From an uncultured Gammaproteobacteria bacterium (GTDB lineage: Bacteria > Pseudomonadota > Gammaproteobacteria > Steroidobacterales > Rariloculaceae), in the NCBI GenBank assembly GCA_964466315.1, contig CAYXNS010000002.1, positions 29,174-93,173 of the forward strand: a stretch of 64,000 nt of DNA, read 5' to 3'. The notes under the pieces are model-generated. The model saw nothing but the letters and a program-made list of their open reading frames with translations, was not told where the DNA came from and ran no database searches. This document shows positions 38,301-46,248 of this stretch, piece by piece. The translations under genes and the position numbers were made by a program. The first letter of the stretch is position 1. Each line of letters starts with the position of its first letter.

Positions 38301-38695
38301 ACGGCTAGAGCGGATAGGGCGATTCCGGCCTCAAGCAGGCCGTAGACGAGAATCGGTCGCCGAACGCGGTTGATGTACCGTCCGGCGACAGCGGCGCCAG
38401 CGGCCAGGCCGCCCATGTAGGCCGCGAGGACTGCGACGACGGCGAGTTCGCTCGTGCCGAATACCAGCGAGAACTGTCGCAGCCAGGCGGTCTGATAAAG
38501 CAGAGCCGCGAAGCCGGAGAGGAAGAAACAGGCGACGACACCCGGAAGCACGAATGCTGAGGGCGCAGCGGGTTCAACCGGCGTGCCCGGGGTGACCTGT
38601 TGCCTTTTGCGTGATCGTCTCGTCATCGTCTTCAGCCTGTTTCCGCGCCTGGATTCCTCACCTGCGTGCCGGGTATCGCGCCAGGCCTGCGGCAT
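35348..38695 (-). CDS. fused polytopic membrane domain + spermidine-synthase-like domain + TPR-like C-terminal region
   Basis: About 500 aa of TM segments. Then MLVIGFGGGVALEG...IDAIELEPEVIEAN...LVINDARNAL...YDLIVSQPSHPWTAGASHLFTREF. The tail is helical and repeat-like. The start could instead be the MTRRSRK Met at 38626. Confidence 0.75.
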   Translation of the reverse strand: MPQAWRDTRHAGEESRRGNRLKTMTRRSRKRQQVTPGTPVEPAAPSAFVLPGVVACFFLSGFAALLYQTAWLRQFSLVFGTSELAVVAVLAAYMGGLAAGAAVAGRYINRVRRPILVYGLLEAGIALSALAVPLLLAGARMLYTLALGDQPAPPNAATFGQPMFYLIVAFIVLALPTGFMGATLPLLTRHAITNDEQIGPRVALLYATNTAGAVLGTVLAGFVLLPALGLNGTVWIGVSINALVFGIAALLAKRAPALTSPAGAGEATRPVISFVGACIAPLLKGGRPAAERLDQVFNMQRGWVLPLMLLSGANAFFYEVLWTRMLTHVLGGSIYAFATMLAAFLTGIALGGSLAGKFAEDRQRAALAFAVTQIAIAILSMGVYAWMGALIPDELTTQRLAVYAVSIMLPATIFIGATFPLAVRIIARDELEASSGTARIYTWNTIGAIVGAILAGFFLIPGLGFEGSIRLAVSVNVVLALWTIAFVAPPKRLHTGAVAAGLLIILVAYHPARPQAVISSTGFVLGYLTEPEELFYSVGRSSTVMLLSDEGYYYVRTNGLPEASIMAKGGPPVQDPEKWLTALPVAARPDAEDMLVIGFGGGVALEGVPPSIQTIDAIELEPEVIEANRVLQGKRNKDPLEDPRINLVINDARNALRLTNKTYDLIVSQPSHPWTAGASHLFTREFVADVKSHLNEGGVFVQWMNSEFVEEPLLRTLAATLLAEYPNVRLYQPAAQVLMFLASEAPLDVELQAARTGQPFTTDIMHYSRMGMNSVEDLLAALMMDQEGVEEFAADSPISTDDNNLMATQSRSLADGLYLDDLNRIFLPYDPLTRRGSWVFTRLTDDLNFGYIAQRMLRLGQQTRTATLAEVHPRVSDQLMIYGFVYLSAGQSERATAAFEAALTADPSNDQARYQLIKNQIASLNTDAATDEARALAASLSETAAAVVEGWGYGASRNYPAMAQLDPILSRSRITDVWYTEVVRLRAEWRVNVSTDRERFSFDALRLIDRALVLNPHRDLYLLRVLAAIGLNDSDLAIESARFVVSYIEGDLYRVETQGFRLPVEDLESNRRNLRAVINHLQGDLPGGDPARAAIVLRNASRTLERLESYAAAIN

Positions 38696-38760
38696 TGTAA
38701 TGACCTCGACAGGGTCTCGTCACGGCCGCCCCGTTAGAAATCCCCAGACAGCGAGTATAG

Positions 38761-39546
38761 CGCCGCGGCTTTTCCTGCCCGCCGTGTGCGATAATTCGCT
38801 TCTCTCAGGCGCTCGGGACCGCACGGGCCAATGAATCGCTCGTTCTCACTGCCAAGGTGACCGACCGCGTACGGCGTGTAAATTTCGAGGATAGCGCGTA
38901 CGTCGAAGCCGGTACCGTACTGATCGAGCTCACGAACGAAGAGGAAGAAGCATTGCTCGCCGAAGCACGTGCGAATCTTGTCGATGCCGAGAAGCAGCGG
39001 CGACTCGAGGATCTCTCGATTCAGGGGCTCTCGGCAGAATCGGAACTCGATATCGCGCGTTCGCGAACGGCTGCTTCCGCGGCCAGACTGAATACCGTAG
39101 TCGCGCGCCTCAAAGATCGATTGATCCAGGTGCCATTCACGGGGCTCCTGGGCTTTCGTGATGTCAACCGCGGGACTCTCGTGACGTCGGCGACGGCGAT
39201 CACGACCCTCGATGACATCTCTCTCATGAAATTGGACTTCACGGTCCCGGAAACTTACTTGCAGGTCGTGGAAACAGGTGCGGTCATCTATGCGCGCAGC
39301 GCGAGCTGGCCTGATTGACAATTCGAAGGGGTCGTCCGCACCGTGAACTCCAGGATCGACCCCGTGACTCGGACGCTCGTACATTTATCTCGTCGGTGCC
39401 GACAATATCGCGCGGCAGCGGGATATCGAGATCGTTTCGCGGCAGTTTGGAATCGTCGAAGTCGGCGCTGGACTAGAATCTGGTGATGCCGTCGTGACGG
39501 GGGGCTCAGTAAACTTCGCGACGGCGCAACCGTGCGGTCCCGGTAG
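38761..39546 (+). pseudogene. RND/HlyD-type efflux periplasmic adaptor (MFP) remnant, 5'-truncated with at least 3 frameshifts and an internal deletion; no pump gene follows
   Basis: Frame 1: ..ALGTARANESLVLTAKVTDRVRRVNFEDSAYVEAGTVLIEL...VPFTGLLGFRDVNRGTLVTSATAITTLDDISLMKLDFTVPE. Frame 2: QFEGVVRTVNSRIDPVTRTL. Then ..IVEVGAGLESGDAVVTGG, and after a further shift KLRDGATVRSR-stop (39544-39546). Confidence 0.65.
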
Positions 39547-39727
39547 ATCGGAGTTCCCCGGAAATTTCCGAGCTGCCGGGGCTGGGGCCAGGATCGGGCG
39601 CGCGCTCCGGCCGAGCTGAAGCGGCGGACTCCGGCACAAGATCTGTCGACCCAAGCGCCTGATCCCTGCGGCCGTCGGACACCTCCGGTGCCAGACGACT
39701 CGCCACCTCGAGCTCCTAGAGTCGGTC

Positions 39728-40411
39728 TCAACGCCTGAGAATCGCCCACCAGCGAGCGATGTTGAGCAGGCTGGTCAGCGCTCCTGAGACATAGGTCAAC
39801 GCCGCCGCCGTGAGCAGTCGCCGTGCTCTCGGTTTATCACCGGGCCGGAGGATTCGCTGTTCATCGAGTAGCGGTAGAGCTCGAGTGAAACTCGCATCGA
39901 ACTCCGTGGGCAGCGTCAAGAAATGGATCGCCGCACCCGAGCCCAGCGTCAGCATGCCGCCAAGGAACGTCAGCAGCCCGACCGCAGGAACCCGCGTAAG
40001 TGCGATCGTAAAGGGCGCGACCATGAGCAATCCTGCGCCCAATTTCTCGATAGGGCTAACCCAGCGCACGAGTCGAGTTCGCCATTGTAATGGGCGGAAC
40101 CCCTTGGCGTCCTGTAACGCGTGTCCGACCTCATGTGCGGCGACCGTGACGGCCGTGAGCGAGCGGCTCGAGAAATTATTCGGCGACAGACGCACGACTT
40201 TCTTCAGCGGGTCATAGTGATCGCCGGCCTCCGTCGTCTCGGTGCCGACATGCTGCAGGCCGAGATGGTTCAGGAGTTCTCTCGCGACGTCTCCACCACT
40301 CTTACCGTAGCGGTCCGCCGGATGGCTGTAGCGGGTCATCACGGATTTCACCCAGAGTCCGGGACCCAGAATCAGCATGAAAAAAATGAGTGTGAAGAGG
40401 ACGATGTGCAT
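39728..40411 (-). CDS. membrane-anchored neutral zinc metallopeptidase (Zn_peptidase_2 family)
   Basis: MHIVLFTLIFFMLILGPGLW... and HEVGHALQD. Confidence 0.8.
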   Translation of the reverse strand: MHIVLFTLIFFMLILGPGLWVKSVMTRYSHPADRYGKSGGDVARELLNHLGLQHVGTETTEAGDHYDPLKKVVRLSPNNFSSRSLTAVTVAAHEVGHALQDAKGFRPLQWRTRLVRWVSPIEKLGAGLLMVAPFTIALTRVPAVGLLTFLGGMLTLGSGAAIHFLTLPTEFDASFTRALPLLDEQRILRPGDKPRARRLLTAAALTYVSGALTSLLNIARWWAILRR

Positions 40412-40540
40412 CGTGTGCCGGTCGTCGATTTCTCAGACCCGTCCCCGAATCCTAACATTGTGCCTTGCTCACGGTCTTGCAGCCGGTACGTCTATCCCGC
40501 AACATGCAACGGACCTCCCGCACTAGAGCCGAATTCCCCG

Positions 40541-41311
40541 ATGAACACAGATCCAGTCTCTCGTTCCGAAATCACGCTCGCCGTATTCGTGGACTTCGAG
40601 AACCTCGCACTTGGTGCTAGAGACAGCAAACACGGCCGCTTCCAGGTGGATCTCGTGCTCAAGCGTTTACTCGAGAGGGGCCGCATCGTCTTCAAGCGCG
40701 CCTATTGTGACTGGACGCGCTACAAGGGATATATGAAAGAGTTTCATGCCAATGGCTTCGAGATGGTGGATATTCCTCAATCCTCCGTTAGCGGAAAAAA
40801 CAGCGCCGACATTCGCATGGTCGTCGACGCGATCGACCTCTGCTATTCCAAGACACACATCGATACGTTTGCGTTGCTTACCGGTGACAGTGATTTCTCA
40901 CCGCTGGCATCGAAGCTCAAGGAGAACGACAAACGCGTCGTCGGTTGCGGTGTGCGCAGTTCAACCTCGGACCTGCTGGCGAATAATTGCGATGAGTTTA
41001 TCTTCTACGATGATCTGGCGAGAGAGTCGAGGCGAACCAAACCTAAGCGCAAGAAGGGTCAGACCACGAAGCAGCAGGAAGCGTTCGAGCGTCTTGCCGC
41101 GACAGTAAGCTCGCTGGAAGCTGAGTACGATCCGCTCTGGGGATCAATCGTCAAACAGACCGTAAAGCGCGTCTATCCAGGCTTCAACGAGAGCTACTAC
41201 GGTTATCGAAGTTTCTCAGACCTGCTCGAGGACGCTGCGAAAAACGGTTCGATCGTGCTCGACTTCGATGAAGCGCGTGGGAATTACAAACTGCGCTCGA
41301 AGCCCCGTTAG
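40541..41311 (+). CDS. NYN (LabA-like) nuclease-fold domain protein with C-terminal OST-HTH/LOTUS domain
   Basis: LAVFVDFENL...KRAYCDW...SGKNSADIRMVVDAIDL...LLTGDSDFSPLASKL, with C-terminal ..YGYRSFSDLLEDAAKNGSIVL. The ATG at 40541 is preferred to the ORF-track start at 40121, which overlaps the peptidase gene. Confidence 0.8.
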   Translation: MNTDPVSRSEITLAVFVDFENLALGARDSKHGRFQVDLVLKRLLERGRIVFKRAYCDWTRYKGYMKEFHANGFEMVDIPQSSVSGKNSADIRMVVDAIDLCYSKTHIDTFALLTGDSDFSPLASKLKENDKRVVGCGVRSSTSDLLANNCDEFIFYDDLARESRRTKPKRKKGQTTKQQEAFERLAATVSSLEAEYDPLWGSIVKQTVKRVYPGFNESYYGYRSFSDLLEDAAKNGSIVLDFDEARGNYKLRSKPR

Positions 41312-42172
41312 GCCTGCACTACGTGGCTCACGAGCGCTTCGCCGGCACGAGCCGGTGAAAAAGACTCGACTCGCGCTTGAAGAATCCCTCGGTATGAAAA
41401 GAGTCCGCGAGTTCAAGCAGCTCGTAATCCAGGTGATGGCAGATCTCGTGCAGCACGGTTCGAAGGAACGTTCGGAAAGCGACGATAGATGGTTTTGTCG
41501 CTGGCCTTGAGGTTGGTGTAGTAGGCGTACGGCAAGCCCGGCGACTCCCGATTTCAGCGCGCCGCGATCTTCTGGGGATCGCCCCGGCCAGTAGACCATC
41601 AATTCCGCCTGGGGAGCGTGTAGTAGGGCCCAGAGCGCCAAGGGTTCGTTCGAGAATATGAACTCCGCTCCGGCGGGTACGACCTGCCAGTCGCCGGCCG
41701 CTATCTCACGCTCGAGCTGGCCCCCCTCCCAGCCGGCATGCCCTGCATAGGCCCTTAGGGCCTGCTCCGTATACGCTGAGTCGACGGTTTCGTTCAGGAA
41801 GTCGGGATCGGCGCTGAAATAGACGTCGTCGATAATAGGTTCGAGATCGAAGTCGTCATTCTCCGGGATTCTGACGAGCGTGACGAGATTAGCTGGAGCA
41901 ACCGGACCACCGAAATAGATGCGGCCCGTGTAATCGTCCAGAAAAGGCATGTCCGGGAACGTTTCGGCGGCATCAACCCACGTCGGCCGGTTGATCGCGA
42001 CGCCGAGAGCCCCGTCCGGGCCGTAATGCAGCAGCAGGATGACCGTTTCGGAGAAGCGTGGATCGCGTAATTCGTCGGTCGCAACGAGTAACATGCCGGT
42101 GGCCGGAGACTGGGCCAGTGCGGCGTTCGCGCCTGATAGGATCAGCAGCGATGCGACGATCAATCTCATCAT
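41216..42172 (-). CDS. exported YqgE/AlgH (DUF179) family protein whose reading frame continues ~125 codons past the domain end (probable loss of the native stop)
   Basis: Signal peptide, then GMLLVATDELRDPRFSETVILLLHYGPDGALGVAINRP...YFGGPV...AGHAGWEGGQLEREI..GDW. After ~aa 190 the sequence is low-complexity and overlaps the convergent NYN gene by 96 nt. Confidence 0.6.
   Translation of the reverse strand: MMRLIVASLLILSGANAALAQSPATGMLLVATDELRDPRFSETVILLLHYGPDGALGVAINRPTWVDAAETFPDMPFLDDYTGRIYFGGPVAPANLVTLVRIPENDDFDLEPIIDDVYFSADPDFLNETVDSAYTEQALRAYAGHAGWEGGQLEREIAAGDWQVVPAGAEFIFSNEPLALWALLHAPQAELMVYWPGRSPEDRGALKSGVAGLAVRLLHQPQGQRQNHLSSLSERSFEPCCTRSAITWITSCLNSRTLFIPRDSSSASRVFFTGSCRRSAREPRSAGLTGLRAQFVIPTRFIEVEHDRTVFRSVLEQV
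41328..41560 (-). pseudogene. HExxH-motif metallopeptidase-like gene remnant (frameshifted, N-terminus missing) lying inside the AlgH ORF tail
   Basis: A second minus-strand frame reads ..FRTFLRTVLHEICHHLDYELLELADSFHTEGFFKRESSLFHRLVPAKRS-stop (TGA at 41328-41330). A third frame just upstream reads ESPGLPYAYYTNLKASDKTIY. I cannot name the family. Confidence 0.4.
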
Positions 42173-42223
42173 GCCATCATACTCGCTACGGGAAATGGGC
42201 GCTTCGTGACCGGGACGCGCGCG

Positions 42224-42832
42224 TTACGGGCGCGCGTCGTCGATCCGATAGCCGTATGCCGGTTTGATGACCTCGCCGTGGTCGACTTCGAACGCGGTGA
42301 CCGTGACGCCGTCGGCTTCGTAGACGACTCCAGTGGCCGAGTACTCGGAAACATCGAAATGCGCGGCCTCCGCCGGGCGGCGTTCGTCTACGATTCTAAT
42401 CGCGATATCGGCGGCATAGGCACTCGCGAGGCCTGAGGTAATGTTGCTGGTTCCCGTTGGCCCGATGACGCGCAGCGGTACGGTCCGTTGACCGAAGTTC
42501 GGCGGCAGCCACGAAGTCAGCCAGAGATCCGCGAGACCCATCAGATGGTCCGAGTGAAAATGCGTGATGAATACCGCCGATATCTCGCGCATCGAACGCG
42601 CGATTTGATTCAACCGAATCGTTACGCCGCGACCGGCGTCGAAGAGCAGTTTCTGCGAGCCCGCCTCGATGAGGGTCGCGGCGCCGAAGCGCGCCGGATC
42701 GGGTAGCGGTGCGCCGGTTCCGAGCAGCGTTACCCGGATGGAATCGGACTGTGAGGTGGCGAGGCCCGGGAGACCGAGTAGTAGCAGCGCAATGGTCGTT
42801 AGGGCCGGATAATTTTTTGCATTGAGGGCCAT
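42224..42832 (-). pseudogene. MBL-fold (RNase Z/ElaC-like) hydrolase, apparently truncated at the C-terminus
   Basis: Signal peptide. LLGTGAPLPDPARFGAATLIEAGSQKLLFDAGRG...FITHFHSDHLMGL. It ends at ..YGYRIDDARP after 202 aa, where homologues continue ~100 aa with further metal ligands. The next gene starts 52 nt later. Confidence 0.5.
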
Positions 42833-42853
42833 TCGTTCGACTCCTTGGTCAGC

Positions 42854-44095
42854 TCAATCCAGTACGTGGGTTAACAGTCCGTCGGCTAGTTTGGGTTCGA
42901 ACCACGTCGACTTGGGAGGCATTAGCTGCTCGGCATCCGCGACGTCCATGAGTTGTTCTATGCTCGTCGGGTATAGCGAAAACGCGATCGCCGCGTCCCC
43001 GCCGTCAACGCGTTGTCTTAACGTATCGAGGCCACGGATACCGCCTACGAATCCGACTCGCGGGTCGAGACGCGGATCGCCGACTCCGAGAATCGGTGCA
43101 AGGATCTGATCCTGTAAGAGGCTCACATCCAGCCGGCCGACCGGATCATCTTCGGGAATGAGCTCCGGATGGATCGTCAGGAGGTACCATTGAGTGTCGA
43201 CGTACATGCCGTAGCTGCCCGGCCTACCCGGTCTGACCGACGTTTCGCAAATCTCGACGTCGAATCCCTCGCTCAGGCGAGCGAGGAGTTCATTCGGCGA
43301 GAGGCCGTTCAGATCCTCGATGACGCGGTTGTAGTCGAGAATATTCATCTCGTCGTGAGGGAAGGCCACGGTGAGAAAGAAATCGGCGTTCGTAAGCCGA
43401 GCGTCACCGCCTCCCGTAGCTCGCTCCGCCGCAACGCGCGAGGCTGCCGCGGATCGATGGTGGCCGTCGGCGATGTAGATGGCATCCATCGCGTCGAATG
43501 CGTTAGAGAGTGCTTCGACCACTTTCACCTGATCGACCCGCCATAGCGTATGCGTGACATCGTATTGCCCGACTACGTCGATGATAGGGGCCGCTGTTTT
43601 AATCTGATTCAGCAGGGTCTTGATGGCATCGTTCGCACGATAGACGCTTAGTACGGGGCCCGTCTGTGCGTTCAGACTTGCGATGTTCCGTACACGGTCT
43701 GTCTCCTTGTCCGGTCGTGTGCGTTCATGTTTCCGCACGCGATTGGCATCATAGGCCGCGACAGAAGCCGTAACCGCCAGGCCGGTTTGTTCATGCTCAC
43801 CCATGCGCATCCGATAGACATAGAAGCTCGGTGCCGGATCCCGGGTTAGAAGTCCGAGCGCAGAGAGACGTTCGAAATTCTCGGCACCTGTCGCATACAC
43901 CTCGTCCGCGTACGGGTTCGTTTCCGACGGCAGGTCGATCTCGGGCCGCGAGATATGCAGGAAACTATTCGGGCGCCCTGCGACCAGTTCGCGAGCTTCT
44001 GCCGTGCTGACGACATCATAGGGGGGCGCGACGACGGCAGCCGCATGCTCAGCTTCGGGGTGCAATGCTGCGAATGGTCTGATGAGATTTGTCAT
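42854..44095 (-). CDS. DUF1015 family protein
   Basis: IRPFAALHPE...VVAPPYDVVSTAEARE...NSFLHISRPE is the typical DUF1015 N-terminus. Confidence 0.8.
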   Translation of the reverse strand: MTNLIRPFAALHPEAEHAAAVVAPPYDVVSTAEARELVAGRPNSFLHISRPEIDLPSETNPYADEVYATGAENFERLSALGLLTRDPAPSFYVYRMRMGEHEQTGLAVTASVAAYDANRVRKHERTRPDKETDRVRNIASLNAQTGPVLSVYRANDAIKTLLNQIKTAAPIIDVVGQYDVTHTLWRVDQVKVVEALSNAFDAMDAIYIADGHHRSAAASRVAAERATGGGDARLTNADFFLTVAFPHDEMNILDYNRVIEDLNGLSPNELLARLSEGFDVEICETSVRPGRPGSYGMYVDTQWYLLTIHPELIPEDDPVGRLDVSLLQDQILAPILGVGDPRLDPRVGFVGGIRGLDTLRQRVDGGDAAIAFSLYPTSIEQLMDVADAEQLMPPKSTWFEPKLADGLLTHVLD

Positions 44096-44125
44096 GGTGC
44101 GATTATAGAGTGTCTGAAAGCCACG

Positions 44126-45439
44126 TCAGGCTACTGGTCTCGCCCAGAGGTCGTACGGGCCGGCTTGTTGAACCGTCACGGTGACGATATCGCCTACGTT
44201 GAATCCATCACCGCTGACCAATACTTTGCCATCGATCTCCGGGGCGTCACCTTCGGAGCGGCCGATTGCTTTGCCGTCAGCCACTTCGTCGATAATGACT
44301 CTGATCTGCCGAGCCACTTTTCGTTGTAATCGTTTCGCGCTAATCGCTTGCTGCGCCGCCATGAAACGGTGCCAGCGCTCTTCCTTGATCTCCTCCGGTA
44401 TGGCCCCCGGCAGATCGTTGGCGGGAGCGCCGGCGACGGCTTCGTAGCGAAAGCAACCGACGCGATCGAGCTCGGCTTCTTCGAGCCATTGCAGGAGCAG
44501 TTCGAAATCGGCATCCGTCTCTCCGGGGAAGCCCACGATGAAGGTCGAGCGTATCGTAAGATCCGGCACCGTGGCACGCCACGCACAAATCCGTTCCAGT
44601 GTCTTCGCGGTTGCAACGGGGCGGTTCATCGCTTTCAGAATTCGGTCGCTCGCGTGCTGGAAGGGCACGTCCAGGTATGGCAGTAGGTCCCCCGAGGCCA
44701 TGAGGGGGAGTAGTTCGTCGACATGCGGATAGGGATAGACATAGTGCAGCCTGACCCAGACGTCGAATTCACTTAGCGCGATACAGAGTTCAGTAATACG
44801 TGCAGGAAGTGCGCCGCCACTCCATGTGGACTCCTGATAACGGATATCGGCGCCATAGGCGCTCGTATCCTGCGAGATCACGAGCAACTCTCGCACGCCG
44901 GCGATGACGAGAGATTCTGCCTCGTGCAGCACGTCGGCGGCCGGCCGGCTGACGAGGTCCCCGCGCAGCTGCGGGATAATGCAGAAGCTACAGCGATGAT
45001 TGCAGCCCTCCGAGATCTTGAGATAAGCGTAGTGCCGCGGTGTCAGCCTGACTCCCTGAGGCGGGATCAAGTCGAGAAAAGGCGCGTGTGGCGGCGGCAG
45101 TACGTTGTGAACGGCCTCCATCACGGCCTTGTATTGATGAGGACCGGTTACGGACAGTACTTGCGGATGCGCGGCGCGGATCAGGCCCGACTCTGCACCC
45201 AGGCAGCCCGTGACGACGACCCGGCCGTTCTCGGCCAACGCCTCCCCGATCGCTTCGAGAGACTCCTCCCGTGCGCTGTCGAGAAAACCGCAGGTGTTGA
45301 CAACGACGAGGTCCGCGCCCTCGTAGTCGGAAGCTGTTATATAGCCCTCGGCCTTGAGCCGGCTCAATATTCTCTCGGAGTCGACGAGCGCCTTAGGGCA
45401 GCCAAGGCTGACGAAGCCGATTCGCGGGGGCGTGGGCAT
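44126..45439 (-). CDS. rimO: ribosomal protein S12 methylthiotransferase RimO
   Basis: [18 protein letters not shown], radical-SAM CNHRCSFC, and a TRAM-like C-terminus. Confidence 0.9.
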   Translation of the reverse strand: MPTPPRIGFVSLGCPKALVDSERILSRLKAEGYITASDYEGADLVVVNTCGFLDSAREESLEAIGEALAENGRVVVTGCLGAESGLIRAAHPQVLSVTGPHQYKAVMEAVHNVLPPPHAPFLDLIPPQGVRLTPRHYAYLKISEGCNHRCSFCIIPQLRGDLVSRPAADVLHEAESLVIAGVRELLVISQDTSAYGADIRYQESTWSGGALPARITELCIALSEFDVWVRLHYVYPYPHVDELLPLMASGDLLPYLDVPFQHASDRILKAMNRPVATAKTLERICAWRATVPDLTIRSTFIVGFPGETDADFELLLQWLEEAELDRVGCFRYEAVAGAPANDLPGAIPEEIKEERWHRFMAAQQAISAKRLQRKVARQIRVIIDEVADGKAIGRSEGDAPEIDGKVLVSGDGFNVGDIVTVTVQQAGPYDLWARPVA

Positions 45440-45663
45440 ACGAGCGTTCAGCGCGGGGCCGTCACAGTGAGGCGGGCCGCAGCTTGCGCCGCGACGTCCA
45501 TAGAAATCTCAAGTATGCTAGCGATATTTTGGGCCATCTGTTCCCGCGTAGGTAAGGGGCTTTCCTCGAGCGATTGCGCCACGCGGGCATGAAAAAGGCA
45601 ACAGGTGATCGTTTTTTATGGGGTGCTCGCACCGAGGGCATCGCACCCTTCGTGGAGAACAGT

Positions 45664-46122
45664 ATGTCGAAGACGAGGACGAAGGAACAGCTTCTCGAAC
45701 TAGCGGGCGAGAAGCTGGGAACTTCCGAGTGGTTCGTCGTCGATCAGGAGCGTATCGATCACTTCGCCGATGTAACGGAGGATCATCAGTTTATCCACGT
45801 CGATCCGGAGCGCGCCGTGGATGCCGGTTGGGGGGGCACGATCGCGCACGGTATGCTGACACTCTCGCTTATCGTAGGTTTCTGCAGGGACTTCGCCCCG
45901 GCGCTGGACGGGTCGAAAATGGTGATCAATTACGGTTTCGACAAGGTGCGATTCGCGTCGCCCGTCAAGGTTAACGACCGGATTAGAGCCGTCGCCGTTC
46001 TGGCGGAAGCTCGGGAGCGTGGGAGTCATCTGCTCGTAAAGGCGAAAGTGACGATCGAGATCGAAGGTGAGACCAAACCCGCGCTCGTAGCCGAGTGGCT
46101 GACGATGCACGTGTTTCCCTGA
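45664..46122 (+). CDS. MaoC-like (R)-hydratase/dehydratase domain protein
   Basis: FADVTEDHQFIHVDPERA...GGTIAHGMLTLSL. The ATG at 45664 is preferred to 45574. Confidence 0.8.
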   Translation: MSKTRTKEQLLELAGEKLGTSEWFVVDQERIDHFADVTEDHQFIHVDPERAVDAGWGGTIAHGMLTLSLIVGFCRDFAPALDGSKMVINYGFDKVRFASPVKVNDRIRAVAVLAEARERGSHLLVKAKVTIEIEGETKPALVAEWLTMHVFP

Positions 46123-46248
46123 GAAGCGCACGATTCTGTGGGGAGCCCTCCATCGCTCCCGGGACCTTCCGAAAGTTTGAACCAGTCGGGCTACCCGCGA
46201 TCGCTACGCACGTAGACTCGCGGGAATGGACGTCCGCCTTATAGATAT

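Noticed and set aside
38734-39384. 216-codon minus-strand ORF.
   Set aside because: It is the antisense shadow of the MFP remnant, and its translation has no recognisable features.
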